Of a stretch of DNA of 32,000 nt, positions 8,411 to 18,073 are shown one piece after another. A program made the position numbers and the translations under genes. Source of the DNA: Floridaenema evergladense BLCC-F167. GTDB lineage: Bacteria > Cyanobacteriota > Cyanobacteriia > Cyanobacteriales > Aerosakkonemataceae. The notes beneath the pieces were generated by a model. The model was not told the origin of the DNA. It did no database searches and worked only from the letters and a program-made list of their open reading frames with translations. Location: NCBI RefSeq assembly GCF_041929205.1, contig NZ_JBHFNT010000101.1. The stretch is one strand, 5' to 3'. Within the stretch, counting starts at the first letter, position 1, and every line of letters starts with the position of its first letter.

Positions 8411-9454
8411 TTACTTCATGGAAGCAGCCATTTGATCTTGAATCTGGCTTTTAGCTGATTTGAATTCGCTAGCTAACTGTTCGCGTTGTTGTTCGTTACA
8501 GTTGTTACCGATCGCAGCGAACATAGTGCTTTCTTCTTGACGAATGTGATCGCCAACTACATCCATCAGTTGCTTAATTCTTTCTTTGAACTGAGAATTA
8601 GCAGGATCGATCGACTTAATTTCATTCAACATCCGCTCCATTTCTGCTTGTTCATCAAACAGTTCTTGGGTGTTATCATCACCGTAGAAAGGGCGAACTT
8701 TTGGATAAACAACTTGTTCTTCCGCTTTGGCGTGTACTAACAAATCTTTGTACATTTGACCGAATAATTCTTCCAGTTTGGAAACATCTTCAGTCGCGCC
8801 CATTTCGGTGTAAATTGTGTTCACTTTATTGTGATCCAATCTGATTAAATCGCGAATATCCATGTCTTGTTTATCAGTGTTTTGGGTAGCAGCACTACCA
8901 AACACACCTGATAAAGCGGCGACTGCATCTTGCACTCTTCCCCAAAGTCCTTGTTCAGGGTCTTTGCCAGTTAATTCACGAGTTCCAAGAAGCTCAATTA
9001 CTCCTTTGAGTTGTTCTTGATGAGCGCGATTTTCAAAGTTAATGGTGTTTAAAGGTGCGATCGCAACTGCAACATCAGCACCCACAACTTGAGAGCATTT
9101 ATGAATTAAAAGCCCAGCCATTACTTGCTTATGCTTTAATAGTTCGTGCTGTCCTACTTTTTGGAATAATTTTAATTCCGAACCTTGCATTAATTGTTGA
9201 ACTTGCTCAATCATTTGCTTGGTGACATCGCGAGGTTCCGCCTTGACACCATACTGCACCATTACAGTTTCTAAAACACCCATATTCTTTCGATCGTCAT
9301 CCAACATCTTTTGAAAGCGATCGCGAACATCAGAGTCAGAAATTTCGGAAATAAACTGTTGCTCATTAGCAATTAACAACTTTTGAAGTTCTGCCATATC
9401 TGCCAATTCCATAGCAATAGCAGAACGTTTTACATCATCTAAACTTTTTACCAT
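8411..9454 (-). CDS. Two-domain protein: N-terminal helical (ferritin-like?) domain plus C-terminal hemerythrin HHE domain
   Basis: 347 aa. The C-terminal half carries LDHNKV...VHAKAEEQVVYP...GDHIRQEESTMF. It is a paralog of the next gene. Confidence 0.65.
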   Translation of the reverse strand: MVKSLDDVKRSAIAMELADMAELQKLLIANEQQFISEISDSDVRDRFQKMLDDDRKNMGVLETVMVQYGVKAEPRDVTKQMIEQVQQLMQGSELKLFQKVGQHELLKHKQVMAGLLIHKCSQVVGADVAVAIAPLNTINFENRAHQEQLKGVIELLGTRELTGKDPEQGLWGRVQDAVAALSGVFGSAATQNTDKQDMDIRDLIRLDHNKVNTIYTEMGATEDVSKLEELFGQMYKDLLVHAKAEEQVVYPKVRPFYGDDNTQELFDEQAEMERMLNEIKSIDPANSQFKERIKQLMDVVGDHIRQEESTMFAAIGNNCNEQQREQLASEFKSAKSQIQDQMAASMK

Positions 9455-9674
9455 CTCGTGTTTCCTTTCTCATGAATTATGGAATTAGTCCATACTTTGA
9501 GAATGTCATACAATTTACAGTTAATTCATCCTTCTCTCGACCGATAAAAAAGACTCTAAAAAGAAAATAAATCTTTCCAAATTAGTAAAAAGAACAATTA
9601 CAAAACTCCAGAAAAATCTAGGGGCTACAGTTAAGCTCCCTAGATTTAACTTGCTTGTTGTGTAGCTGTTAAGC

Positions 9675-10709
9675 TTATTTCATAGCAGCCATTTGGTCTT
9701 GCAATTTGCTCTTAGCAGCTTTGAACTCGCTCGCCATTTGTTGCTGTTGCGCGTTGCTGAAATTATCCCGAATTTTGGGGAACATTTCATTTTCTTCTTG
9801 ATTAATGTGATGCTGAGTCATCTGTGCTAACTGCTTAACTTGCTCTTTGAATTCAGCAGAACCAGGACTCATAGACATAATTTGATTGAGCATTCTTTCT
9901 TGTTCAGCTTGCTCTTGATACAAATCTGATGTCTTTGAGTAATAAGGACGTACTGCGGGATAAACAACTTGTTCTTCCGCCTTAGCGTGTGCTGTCAAAT
10001 CTTTGTAAAGTTGACCAAAGAATTCTTGTGCTTTTAATGGATCGTTCGCAGCTTCAATTTCCATGAACAAGGTGTTAGCTTTAGCATGATCCATGCGAAT
10101 AATTTGCTCAATTGTCATATCAGACATACCAGAATTTTGGGTGAGCACGCTACCAGCAACTCCAGAGAAAGCAGCGATCGCATCTTGAACTCTCGCCCAA
10201 ATACCTTGATCGGGATCTTTTCCAGTCAGTTCCCGCACGCCTAAAATTTCTAAAATACCTTTCAATTGTTCTTGATGTGCCCGATTTTCAAAATTGATGG
10301 TATTTAAAGGAGTAATTGCAGCTTCAATATCAGCACCCACAACTTGTGCAGCTTTATGAACTAACAATCCTTTCATTACTTGAGCGTGTTTCAAAAGTTC
10401 ATGTTGAGAGAACTTTTCAAATAAAGTTAACTCAGAACTTTGCATCATTTTTTGAGCTTTCTCAATCATTTCTTGAGTCGTTTGTTTTGGCTCTGCTTTG
10501 ACACCATATTGGACGATTACTGTGTCTAATACGCCCAGGTTTTTCTGGTCATCATTCAGCATTTCCCGCACTCGATCGCAGATTTCTCGATCTCCGCAAG
10601 CATTCAACAGCATTTGCTCATTGCTGATGATTAAGTTTTGGATAGCTTTCATGTCTGCTAATTTGGTAGCAATAGCAATGCGCTTGGTGTCGTCAAGAGT
10701 CGATACCAT
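9675..10709 (-). CDS. Tandem paralog of 8411..9454 (helical domain plus hemerythrin HHE domain)
   Basis: 344 aa and collinear with the 347-aa protein over its full length (for example NTINFENRAHQEQLKG, AHAKAEEQVVYP). By eye, about two thirds of positions are identical. Confidence 0.65.
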   Translation of the reverse strand: MVSTLDDTKRIAIATKLADMKAIQNLIISNEQMLLNACGDREICDRVREMLNDDQKNLGVLDTVIVQYGVKAEPKQTTQEMIEKAQKMMQSSELTLFEKFSQHELLKHAQVMKGLLVHKAAQVVGADIEAAITPLNTINFENRAHQEQLKGILEILGVRELTGKDPDQGIWARVQDAIAAFSGVAGSVLTQNSGMSDMTIEQIIRMDHAKANTLFMEIEAANDPLKAQEFFGQLYKDLTAHAKAEEQVVYPAVRPYYSKTSDLYQEQAEQERMLNQIMSMSPGSAEFKEQVKQLAQMTQHHINQEENEMFPKIRDNFSNAQQQQMASEFKAAKSKLQDQMAAMK

Positions 10710-11149
10710 GTTGTTCTCCTCTGTGTTTATTCTCTTAATATCGCCAAAGTTATCTAGTCTTATCCTGCAATAGGAATCCAGTAATTACCTCTCTCTTTTG
10801 ACGGAGTTAAAACCCTTAAATTCTCTTCAATTAGTATTAAATAATCTTGATGTTTTTCAGATTACATTTGAGGTCTAACTCAGAAAAAACGCTAATATTT
10901 TCTTGAAATTCTACTCTCAGATAGATAAATTTTTCTATCATATACTTCGTGGGATAGATACGCTTTGTTTACTACTGATATAAATTAAATTTGTAGGATT
11001 CTCTGTGAATAATAGTATAATAACCTAAGAAAGATAATCCTCAGAAAATTTGCAACTGAGATATGTTGTCTTGCCAAAGCAATTTCTGATAGTCAAAGTT
11101 TTGACTGTCAAAAAACTAAATTAGGCGAACCAAACAACTTAAGAGGAAT

Positions 11150-11671
11150 ATGACACAAACTCCAAATCTTCCCCCATTAATTGAAAGCCATCAATCAGAA
11201 TATCAAGATAGCGGTGTCACTAGTACAGTAGCGATCGCAGGACATCCCATTCACCCCGCAATTGTTACTTTACCAATTGCCTTTTTGGTTGCTGCACCAG
11301 TCTGCGATCTACTCTATTTTTGGACAAAAGATTTGTTTTGGGCAAGAGGCGCTTTCTGGTTAATAGTTGCTGGAATAGTAACTGGTTTATTAGCAGCAGC
11401 TACCGGATTAATGGACTTTTTGGGCATAGAAAGAGTCCGCAAACGTACCGCAGGTTGGGCACACATGATCCTCAATGTTGCAGCTTTAACCCTAACAATT
11501 GTTAACTTAGTATTGCGTTGGGGAAAAATCGCTGGCGCAATTGTACCCACAGGATTAATTATCTCGATTATTGTGGCATTGCTTCTCGGTCTTTCTGGTT
11601 GGTATGGTGGTGAATTAGTATATCGACACAAAATAGCTGTCATTGGCTATACCGATCGCAATCAATCATAA
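11150..11671 (+). CDS. DUF2231-like integral membrane protein
   Basis: 173 aa with four predicted TM helices. GHPIHPAIVTLPIAFLVAA matches the HP(l/i)HP..v.fPia motif of DUF2231. Confidence 0.55.
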   Translation: MTQTPNLPPLIESHQSEYQDSGVTSTVAIAGHPIHPAIVTLPIAFLVAAPVCDLLYFWTKDLFWARGAFWLIVAGIVTGLLAAATGLMDFLGIERVRKRTAGWAHMILNVAALTLTIVNLVLRWGKIAGAIVPTGLIISIIVALLLGLSGWYGGELVYRHKIAVIGYTDRNQS

Positions 11672-11785
11672 TAAAACCCAAACTTCTCACCAGTACAATT
11701 TGCCTCTCAAAAAACTTACCTATCTGAGAGATAATTTAGCTCAGATAGGTTTTTGTGTATCTAGATTCACTTGTAGAGGTAAAAA

Positions 11786-12205
11786 TTGAGTCACAACAAA
11801 AGCAAAATTCGTAAATTAACTCTAATTTCACTACTAATTGTTACACCACTCGGATTTTTAACTAAATTTTATCACGGCCCCGCTCAATCCTGGATCGACA
11901 ATTATGCTGGCGATATTCTTTACCAAATCTTTTGGTGTTTAATACTCTTTCTCTTCTTTCCTACTTATCCAGCAATCAAACAAATTCCCATTTGGGTTTT
12001 TATTTTTAATAGTATAATAGAATTTTTGCAACTTTGGAAACCACCATTTTTAGAAGGATTTCGTTATACATTTTGGGGAAGAATGACGCTAGGAACTCAC
12101 TTTGATTGGCAAGACCTTGTTTATTATTTAATAGGTTGTTTCTTCGGTTGGTTCTGGTTGCGTCAACTTTGGCGAAAAGGAAAAGAGCATGAAAAAACAA
12201 GTTAA
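11786..12205 (+). CDS. DUF2809-like small membrane protein
   Basis: 139 aa with a TTG start in the track. Hydrophobic, with [10 protein letters not shown] and DLVYYLIGC motifs reminiscent of DUF2809. Confidence 0.45.
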   Translation: MSHNKSKIRKLTLISLLIVTPLGFLTKFYHGPAQSWIDNYAGDILYQIFWCLILFLFFPTYPAIKQIPIWVFIFNSIIEFLQLWKPPFLEGFRYTFWGRMTLGTHFDWQDLVYYLIGCFFGWFWLRQLWRKGKEHEKTS

Positions 12206-12416
12206 AGTTAAACCCAATTCTAAACAGCAAAATATTCAAGAAGAAGCCGACGGTAGTTTAATTGTACATTTAAAATCACCACCAGTTGACGGCAAAGCAA
12301 ATGAAGAGTTGATTAAACTATTAGCAGAAAAGTTTAACGTTTCCAAATCTCAAATTACTATTAAATCAGGTTTATCCTCCAGAACAAAATTAGTAGAAAT
12401 AGACACTGATGTTTAA
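12189..12416 (+). CDS. DUF167 / YggU-family protein
   Basis: 75 aa. [44 protein letters not shown] is the YggU signature (PxxGKAN..l...la..l.v......i..G..sr.K.v.i). Confidence 0.75.
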   Translation: MKKQVKVKPNSKQQNIQEEADGSLIVHLKSPPVDGKANEELIKLLAEKFNVSKSQITIKSGLSSRTKLVEIDTDV

Positions 12417-12428
12417 AGATAATTTTTG

Positions 12429-13034
12429 CTATACTTGTTGTGTGATGCTAATATGTTTTGGCTGGGCTTGTACTCGCTTTATCCAAGCTTGAATAGCCGG
12501 AAATTTCGATAAATCAAAACCTCCTTCATCAGCCACATGAGTATAAGCAAACAAAGCAATATCAGCAATAGTATAACGATCGCCAACAAAAAATTGATGC
12601 TCAGTTAAATGCTGTTCCATTACTTTTAATGCAGCCACACCCCCGGCTCTTTTTTGGTTGAGTGCCTCCCGGTTTTCTTCCGCTTTTCCAGTAGTAATCC
12701 AAAATCGAGAAGTGGCAATATAAGGTTCGTGGCTGTACTGTTCAAAAAATAACCATTGCAGCACTTGTGCCTTTTCAAAAGAGTCTGTTGGCAAAAAATC
12801 TGTTCCCTCGCTCAAATAAAAAAGGATGGCATTTGATTCCGCTAAAAATTTCCCAGTCTCAATTTCTAAAACTGGAGTTCTCCCATTAGGATTTTTAAGT
12901 AAAAACTCAGGAGTTCGACTTTCCCCTTTCAGAATATTAACTTCTATTCTTTGAAAAGGGATATTTAATTGAGTTAACAAAAGCCTGAGTTTGTAGCAGT
13001 TACCAGAAGCAAAAAATTCGTATAATTTATACAT
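12429..13034 (-). CDS. Glutathione S-transferase family protein
   Basis: Tracked ORF 12429..13103. The likely start is ATG 13034, preceded by GGAGG. It has a GST N-domain (SGNCYKLRLLL..., RTPVLE..., ESNAILFYL) and an alpha-helical C-domain. Confidence 0.8.
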   Translation of the reverse strand: MYKLYEFFASGNCYKLRLLLTQLNIPFQRIEVNILKGESRTPEFLLKNPNGRTPVLEIETGKFLAESNAILFYLSEGTDFLPTDSFEKAQVLQWLFFEQYSHEPYIATSRFWITTGKAEENREALNQKRAGGVAALKVMEQHLTEHQFFVGDRYTIADIALFAYTHVADEGGFDLSKFPAIQAWIKRVQAQPKHISITQQV

Positions 13035-13053
13035 CAGCAATCCTCCAAATTTT

Positions 13054-13722
13054 ATGTGTGGCAGATACAGTTTTACCCAAGTAGCAGAAGCTATAGCTGA
13101 CAAGTTTCAAGTTAAAGAAGTTCCTGAAATTTCTCCTAGATACAACATCGCACCAACTCAACAAATAGCAACAGTTTTAGTAAATTCGGAAAGTTCAGAA
13201 CGTCAGTTTAAAATGTTGCGTTGGGGTTTAATTCCCAGTTGGGCAAAAGATGCGAAAATGGGCGCAAAACTAATTAATGCTAGAGGCGAAACAGTTGCCG
13301 AAAAACCTGCTTTTCGTGCTGCTTTTAAAAAGCGTCGCTGTTTAATTTTGGCTGATGGTTTTTATGAATGGCATACTCAAGATGGGGAAAAACAACCCTT
13401 TTATTTTCGCTTAGAAAATGGCGAACCTTTTGCTTTTGCGGGTTTGTGGGAACATTGGGAAAAAGGGGAGGGTGAGTCGATCGAATCTTGTACAATTATT
13501 ACCACAGAAGCCAATGAATTAATGCGTCCTGTTCATGACAGAATGCCAGTAATTATTGATTCTAAAAATTACGAACAATGGTTAGATCCAGAAGTTAAGA
13601 AAACTGAATTGTTACAATCGTTGCTGCAACCCTACCCTACAGAAGAAATGACCGCTTTTCCTGTTAGTACAAAAGTGAATAGCCCGAAAAACGATCGCCC
13701 TGAATGTATCCAACCTATCTAA
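13054..13722 (+). CDS. SOS-response-associated peptidase (SRAP / YedK-HMCES family, abasic-site processing)
   Basis: The invariant N-terminus MCGRY (catalytic Cys2), plus YNIAPTQ, RWGLIPSW, INARGET, PADGFYEW-like (ADGFYEW) and HDRMPVI. Confidence 0.9.
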   Translation: MCGRYSFTQVAEAIADKFQVKEVPEISPRYNIAPTQQIATVLVNSESSERQFKMLRWGLIPSWAKDAKMGAKLINARGETVAEKPAFRAAFKKRRCLILADGFYEWHTQDGEKQPFYFRLENGEPFAFAGLWEHWEKGEGESIESCTIITTEANELMRPVHDRMPVIIDSKNYEQWLDPEVKKTELLQSLLQPYPTEEMTAFPVSTKVNSPKNDRPECIQPI

Positions 13723-14275
13723 GTTGATGACCGCATCGCCCACAAAATTTATCTTGTTCAGTTATTGGATTACCACATTGAGTGCAAAAACCACCTTTTG
13801 CTGGCGTTCCTGTGGCGATCGACGGCATTTTTAACTCCATACTTCCCATTCGCATTTGCATTGTGGGCGACATTTGCATTTCCATATTTCCCATTCGCAT
13901 CGGTTCCATTGGTTTCATTGGTTCCATTGCTTGTATCGGTGGCATGGGAGGCATTGCCGATATGGGATTTTTTTCTGTTTGTTGTAGGGGAATATTTTCT
14001 GCATTACTCAAAGAAGGAGTTTCATTTAGAGTACTCATTCCATTAGTTTGTAGACTTACAAAATGATTACCTGATTGAGTTTCAATTTGCAAAATTGCCC
14101 CAGATGCAGTGCGAAACAAAGCTGGCGGTTTTACCCAAGAACCTGTGGTAAAACTGTTGCTTTGACTTTGTTGTTGTCCTGGACTGCTGCTAAAAAGCGT
14201 GACGATCGTTTGCGTTCCCTGATTCTCAACGTAAACCTGTTGTCCACTACCCAGGTTGCCTAAGTAAGTATTCAT
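13715..14275 (-). CDS. Hypothetical protein with a Met-rich segment and a C-terminal zinc-ribbon (CxxC-x13-CxxC)
   Basis: Tracked ORF 13715..14287. ATG at 14275 is the likely start. The C-terminus is FCTQCGNPITEQDKFCGRCGHQL. Its 3' end overlaps the convergent SRAP gene by 8 nt. Confidence 0.5.
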   Translation of the reverse strand: MNTYLGNLGSGQQVYVENQGTQTIVTLFSSSPGQQQSQSNSFTTGSWVKPPALFRTASGAILQIETQSGNHFVSLQTNGMSTLNETPSLSNAENIPLQQTEKNPISAMPPMPPIQAMEPMKPMEPMRMGNMEMQMSPTMQMRMGSMELKMPSIATGTPAKGGFCTQCGNPITEQDKFCGRCGHQLR

Positions 14276-14600
14276 ATTTGCAAGCAAAATACTGATTAAT
14301 ATTATATAGTTTAAAGCATTTTTCTACTTAATTCCTTAGCCCTATTTCTTTACAAAAATACATTATTTGAAATAACTAATAATGTTGCTAAATAACATAT
14401 TTCTGTGCCAGTTGTGAAAGTGTCTCCATTTTTAGCAACAAACTCACTGATAAAATCCGAATTTACAACTAACAAACATTAATTTGTTGCACCCAGTTAA
14501 TAAACTGTCACTTACTGCCCATTAGCGATAAAAAGTAAATAGAAAATTGTAACATAAAGCAAATCAACAAATAGTTTCCTCCTCCCTTAAGGTGATATTT

Positions 14601-14882
14601 ATGAAACAATCAATTCATAATCAAAAAGATACTACAGCTTGGATTATTCAAGTTTGGCTCTCTTTTATTCTTTCCGTTTCTGCCACCTCCGTCGGGATAT
14701 TTTATCTACCTGTAGATGGTTGGGTAAAAGGTTATATGGGAATGGGTTTACTTTTTTCAATTGGTTCTACTTTTACTTTAGCTAAAACCGTTAGAGATAA
14801 TCATGAAGCGACAAAACTAACAGCTAGAATTGACGAAGCAAGAGTCGAAAAAATTTTAACTGAACATCATCCTTTGAAGTAA
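14601..14882 (+). CDS. YiaA/YiaB-like small inner-membrane protein
   Basis: Tracked ORF 14592..14882, which uses a GTG start. ATG 14601 is more likely. It has two TM helices, and WIIQVWLSF...GYMGMGLLFSIGSTFTLAKTVRDNHEA resembles the YiaAB two-helix domain. Confidence 0.45.
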   Translation: MKQSIHNQKDTTAWIIQVWLSFILSVSATSVGIFYLPVDGWVKGYMGMGLLFSIGSTFTLAKTVRDNHEATKLTARIDEARVEKILTEHHPLK

Positions 14883-14893
14883 TTATAGGGAAC

Positions 14894-14921
14894 TGGGGAT
14901 TGGGGATTGGGGACTGGGAAA
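14894..14921. repeat. Heptanucleotide tandem repeat (TGGGGAT/TGGGGAC), intergenic
   Basis: tggggat tggggat tggggac tgggaaa. It belongs to the same repeat family as 4211-4252. Confidence 0.85.
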
Positions 14922-14960
14922 TTAATTTTAATATTAGTTTCTCGATACCTATTATCCTAA

Positions 14961-16100
14961 TTACCCAGATACTTTTCGGAAACCTCGTAACCAACGATAG
15001 GGGTAATAAAAAGGAATAAGTAAAGGATGGGAAATTTGGTAACGATGCTGCATATAGGCGCGACTAGGAAATAGTGTATCCCAAGCGATATGTAAACGAG
15101 TCAACCAATCTTTTGCACCTGCTAAATCATCAAATAAACGTAAAACCATTGTTTGATTTTGCCAAGAATAGGCTCTAACTTCTTCCCAAGATGGTTTTAA
15201 AATAGCTAATTGCGATCGCACATTTCCCGGAATTTCCGCTTTCCATTCATCAGCTACTCGCAGCAAAATTTGTTGAACTGATAATACTAATTTGTAATTT
15301 TGGGCTTTGGTAATCACTAAATCCCAATCTATTTCTGTGGGGGAAAAAGCGATCGCCTCAGCAATATCATGCAACCAAAGTAAACTATTTCCTCCATGAT
15401 GTAACATTAAATGAGCGCATAGATAAACAATTTGTGCTTCATTACCTAAAATAAAAGCTGGAGAATCACTAATTTTAGTTAGTATTGCCGTTTCCCAAAA
15501 CCAATCAGTTAAAAAAGTCCGTTGATAATAAACCGGACTAACTAATTTCCAATGTAAATCTAAATTAACATTTACTAATCCCTGCTTACAATGAATTTCC
15601 TCATTGCGAAACTCTTCATTAAACCCAGATTGCATTTCCACACCTGCAAGCTGATAACCCAAATTTGCTAGAACTTCTCTCACAATTGCTAAATCTTCTG
15701 GGTGAATTAGTAAATCCAAATCTACCATCTGTCTAACAGCAATATCACGATATACTTTTTCTGCTAAAGCTGCACCTTTAAGGACAATTACATCTACTCC
15801 AACATCTGCCAATCTTTGCAACACCTTACCCAAATCTCGTAGCAACAAAGTATTGCGACAAGCATTTTGATAATAGGCATTGCGCCATTCTACTTGTACA
15901 TTTTCTGGCAACCAATCTTCGTTTCGCAAAATTCGATAAAGCAAGGGAGTCAAAGCTTCAATATATACAAATTCGCATAAATTATCCCAATCTAAATCAC
16001 TATTTTTCGCTATTTCTTGCGCCACTTTTAACGCTGTTTTATCCCATCTTCCCCGTAAAATTAAGGTTATTAATGATTGGTTTTCTTTTAGGTTGTTCAT
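14961..16100 (-). CDS. Nucleotidyltransferase-family protein (NTP_transf_5 type), last gene of the lasso cluster
   Basis: 379 aa. VIVLKGAALAEKVY...QMVDLDLLIHPED is the G-x-a...DhDhLh nucleotidyltransferase core seen in the 'uncharacterised nucleotidyltransferase' family that co-occurs with PqqD/HprK-like genes. It starts 6 nt after the ABC gene. Confidence 0.65.
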   Translation of the reverse strand: MNNLKENQSLITLILRGRWDKTALKVAQEIAKNSDLDWDNLCEFVYIEALTPLLYRILRNEDWLPENVQVEWRNAYYQNACRNTLLLRDLGKVLQRLADVGVDVIVLKGAALAEKVYRDIAVRQMVDLDLLIHPEDLAIVREVLANLGYQLAGVEMQSGFNEEFRNEEIHCKQGLVNVNLDLHWKLVSPVYYQRTFLTDWFWETAILTKISDSPAFILGNEAQIVYLCAHLMLHHGGNSLLWLHDIAEAIAFSPTEIDWDLVITKAQNYKLVLSVQQILLRVADEWKAEIPGNVRSQLAILKPSWEEVRAYSWQNQTMVLRLFDDLAGAKDWLTRLHIAWDTLFPSRAYMQHRYQISHPLLIPFYYPYRWLRGFRKVSG

Positions 16101-16106
16101 TAACTT

Positions 16107-17933
16107 TTAGTTTACCTGCATTTGAGTTTTCCACGATCGAGCATAACGACTATTAAGAGCTAATAAATCATCGTGGCACCCCGATTCTACAATTTCACCA
16201 TCTGACATAACATGAATGATATCAGCACGTCTAGCAATAGTAAAACGATGAGTGATTATAATAGCTGTTCTCCCTTTAGCTAAGTGACAAAATCGCTCTA
16301 ACCAATCTGCTTCAGCCCAAGAATCCATTGCGCTAGTTGGTTCATCTAAAATAATTAAAGGAGCTTGACGCAAAAAAGCCCTTGCTAAAGCTATTCTTTG
16401 CCATTCACCACCGCTAAGTTCCACGCCACCTGTAAATAATTTACCCAAAAGTGTATTGTAATTATCAGGTAAACGAGCAATTATTTCTGTTGCTCCCGCA
16501 GCTTCAGCAGCATTAGTTATTTCTGGCAATTTGGCAGTAGCTAATAAGTCACCAAGAGCTATATTTTCAGCAACAGAAGTATTATAATCAACTGGTTGTT
16601 GAAATAAAACAGTAATCAATCTTCGTAGGTTTTGAATTGGCAAATCACGTAAGTCAATGCCATCCCAAGTTATTTTTCCTTGTTGCGGATCGTACAAGCG
16701 ACAAAGCAATTTAAGCAAGGTACTTTTACCCGCGCCATTTGCGCCGACAATGGCTATAATTTTGCCTGCTGGAATAGTTAAATTAAAGTTTTCTAAAGCG
16801 GCTTTGTTGCTACCTGGATAACAGAAAGAAACGTTTTCAAAATTAATTCCTTGAGTTAAGTTTGTTGGTGTTAAATTTGGTGTTTGCGGATCTATGATTT
16901 GGGGGAATAATTCTAAAAACTCAAAAAGATTGCCTAAAAATAGCATATTACTGTAAACTTGACCTAAGTTTTGGAGCAAACTTCGCATCAATGTTTGACC
17001 TTGGTTAAAAGCTTGGTAAAATAATGCTAAATCTCCTAAAGTTACCCGTTTTTGTAAAACTTGCCATACCATCCAAGTTAAGGCAAAGGCGGTAATGGAA
17101 AGAGCGATCGCACCTGCACCCAAATTCGCCAAACTCTCATTCTTCGCCAACTTAACTTTTTCTGTACGTAACTTGCGCCGCAAACTCTGATAAGCAGATC
17201 GAAAATAATCGCCTAATTCAAAAATTCTTAATTCTGCTGCCGATTCTTTTTCTGTGAGTAACCAATGGTAATACCAGCTACGTCTTTCATCAGCTGTTGC
17301 TTTTAACCACCAATCATAATTTTGTTTACTGTAATTTAAAATTACCAAAAAAGCGGGTAAAGTACTAATTAATAATGCCGCAGGTATCCAAATACCAAAT
17401 TGGGTTAAAACTGCTGCCATTGCGATTAAAGTAATGCTATTTTGTACTAAACTTCCGCTATTTTCTAACAAGGCTGTTGGACGAAAAAGCGCATCTTGTC
17501 CGGCGCGATGTAGGCGATCGTAATATTCCGCTGACTCATAAAAAGCAAAATCCACTGACATTGCCTTTTTATGAATTAAACCACTAATATAATCCTTAAC
17601 TAATTCTGATTGAACTGTACGCACCCAAGTTAAGAAACTTCCCAATATTTGAGTTAATAATAAAACTCCTCCCATTAAAACAACTAAAATTAAAATTGGA
17701 ATCACCTTTTCCCTAGAAATGCCCACATTTAAAGTAACTACCAACCTATCAACTATTTGCTGAGTTAAATAAACTGTAGCAACTGGTAATAAACCCTGAA
17801 TAATTAGCAAAATTGCCCAAATAACAGTCCATTTTTTCGCAGCTTGCCAAACTAAATCAAAAGCTTTTACTAAATAAGGAAGCTGATTCAAACCATTTTT
17901 TAATTTCTGCTCTAAAAAAGTTAAATTTCTCAT
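16107..17933 (-). CDS. ABC transporter, fused permease/ATPase (lasso-peptide exporter, D-type)
   Basis: 608 aa with an N-terminal six-TM domain, Walker A GANGAGKST, signature LSGGEWQRIALARA and Walker B LIILDEPTSAMD. Confidence 0.85.
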   Translation of the reverse strand: MRNLTFLEQKLKNGLNQLPYLVKAFDLVWQAAKKWTVIWAILLIIQGLLPVATVYLTQQIVDRLVVTLNVGISREKVIPILILVVLMGGVLLLTQILGSFLTWVRTVQSELVKDYISGLIHKKAMSVDFAFYESAEYYDRLHRAGQDALFRPTALLENSGSLVQNSITLIAMAAVLTQFGIWIPAALLISTLPAFLVILNYSKQNYDWWLKATADERRSWYYHWLLTEKESAAELRIFELGDYFRSAYQSLRRKLRTEKVKLAKNESLANLGAGAIALSITAFALTWMVWQVLQKRVTLGDLALFYQAFNQGQTLMRSLLQNLGQVYSNMLFLGNLFEFLELFPQIIDPQTPNLTPTNLTQGINFENVSFCYPGSNKAALENFNLTIPAGKIIAIVGANGAGKSTLLKLLCRLYDPQQGKITWDGIDLRDLPIQNLRRLITVLFQQPVDYNTSVAENIALGDLLATAKLPEITNAAEAAGATEIIARLPDNYNTLLGKLFTGGVELSGGEWQRIALARAFLRQAPLIILDEPTSAMDSWAEADWLERFCHLAKGRTAIIITHRFTIARRADIIHVMSDGEIVESGCHDDLLALNSRYARSWKTQMQVN

Positions 17934-17963
17934 ATTACAATATTAGGTTTGTTGTAACAACTT

Positions 17964-18065
17964 TTCAGATTTTGCAGTAGGGGAAGTAGAACCTCCCCAT
18001 ACTCGTTCCCAGGTTCAACCTGGGAACGAGAAACAGAGGCTCCGCCTCTTGGTACAAGATCTGAG
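17964..18065 (+). mobile_element. MITE-like hairpin element (copy A)
   Basis: About 102 bp with terminal inverted repeats (tcagattttgc...ggtacaagatctga). It has a 12-bp perfect internal stem ctcgttcccagg-ttcaa-cctgggaacgag and two smaller hairpins. A second copy in opposite orientation lies at 23049-23151. Confidence 0.75.
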
Positions 18066-18073
18066 TAAAAATA

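Noticed and set aside
8486-11643. Tracked ORFs 8486..8740, 10316..10501, 10498..10773, 11314..11643 and 11320..11505
   Set aside because: They are antisense or alternative-frame shadows of the hemerythrin paralogs and the DUF2231-like gene.
12006-12239. Tracked 77-aa minus-strand ORF
   Set aside because: It is antisense to the DUF2809-like and DUF167 genes, AT-rich and low-complexity.
13765-14263. Three plus-strand ORFs (13765..14046, 13782..14066, 14075..14263)
   Set aside because: They are mirror-image frames of the low-complexity Met/Pro-rich gene. The minus-strand frame ends in a clean zinc-ribbon motif.
14288-14600. AT-rich intergenic region with 10-bp inverted repeats (tgttgctaaa/tttagcaaca) and possible NtcA-like GTA-N8-TAC sites
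   Set aside because: There is no exact GTA-N8-TAC match, and the inverted repeat is short with a long spacer, which is not enough for a regulatory call.
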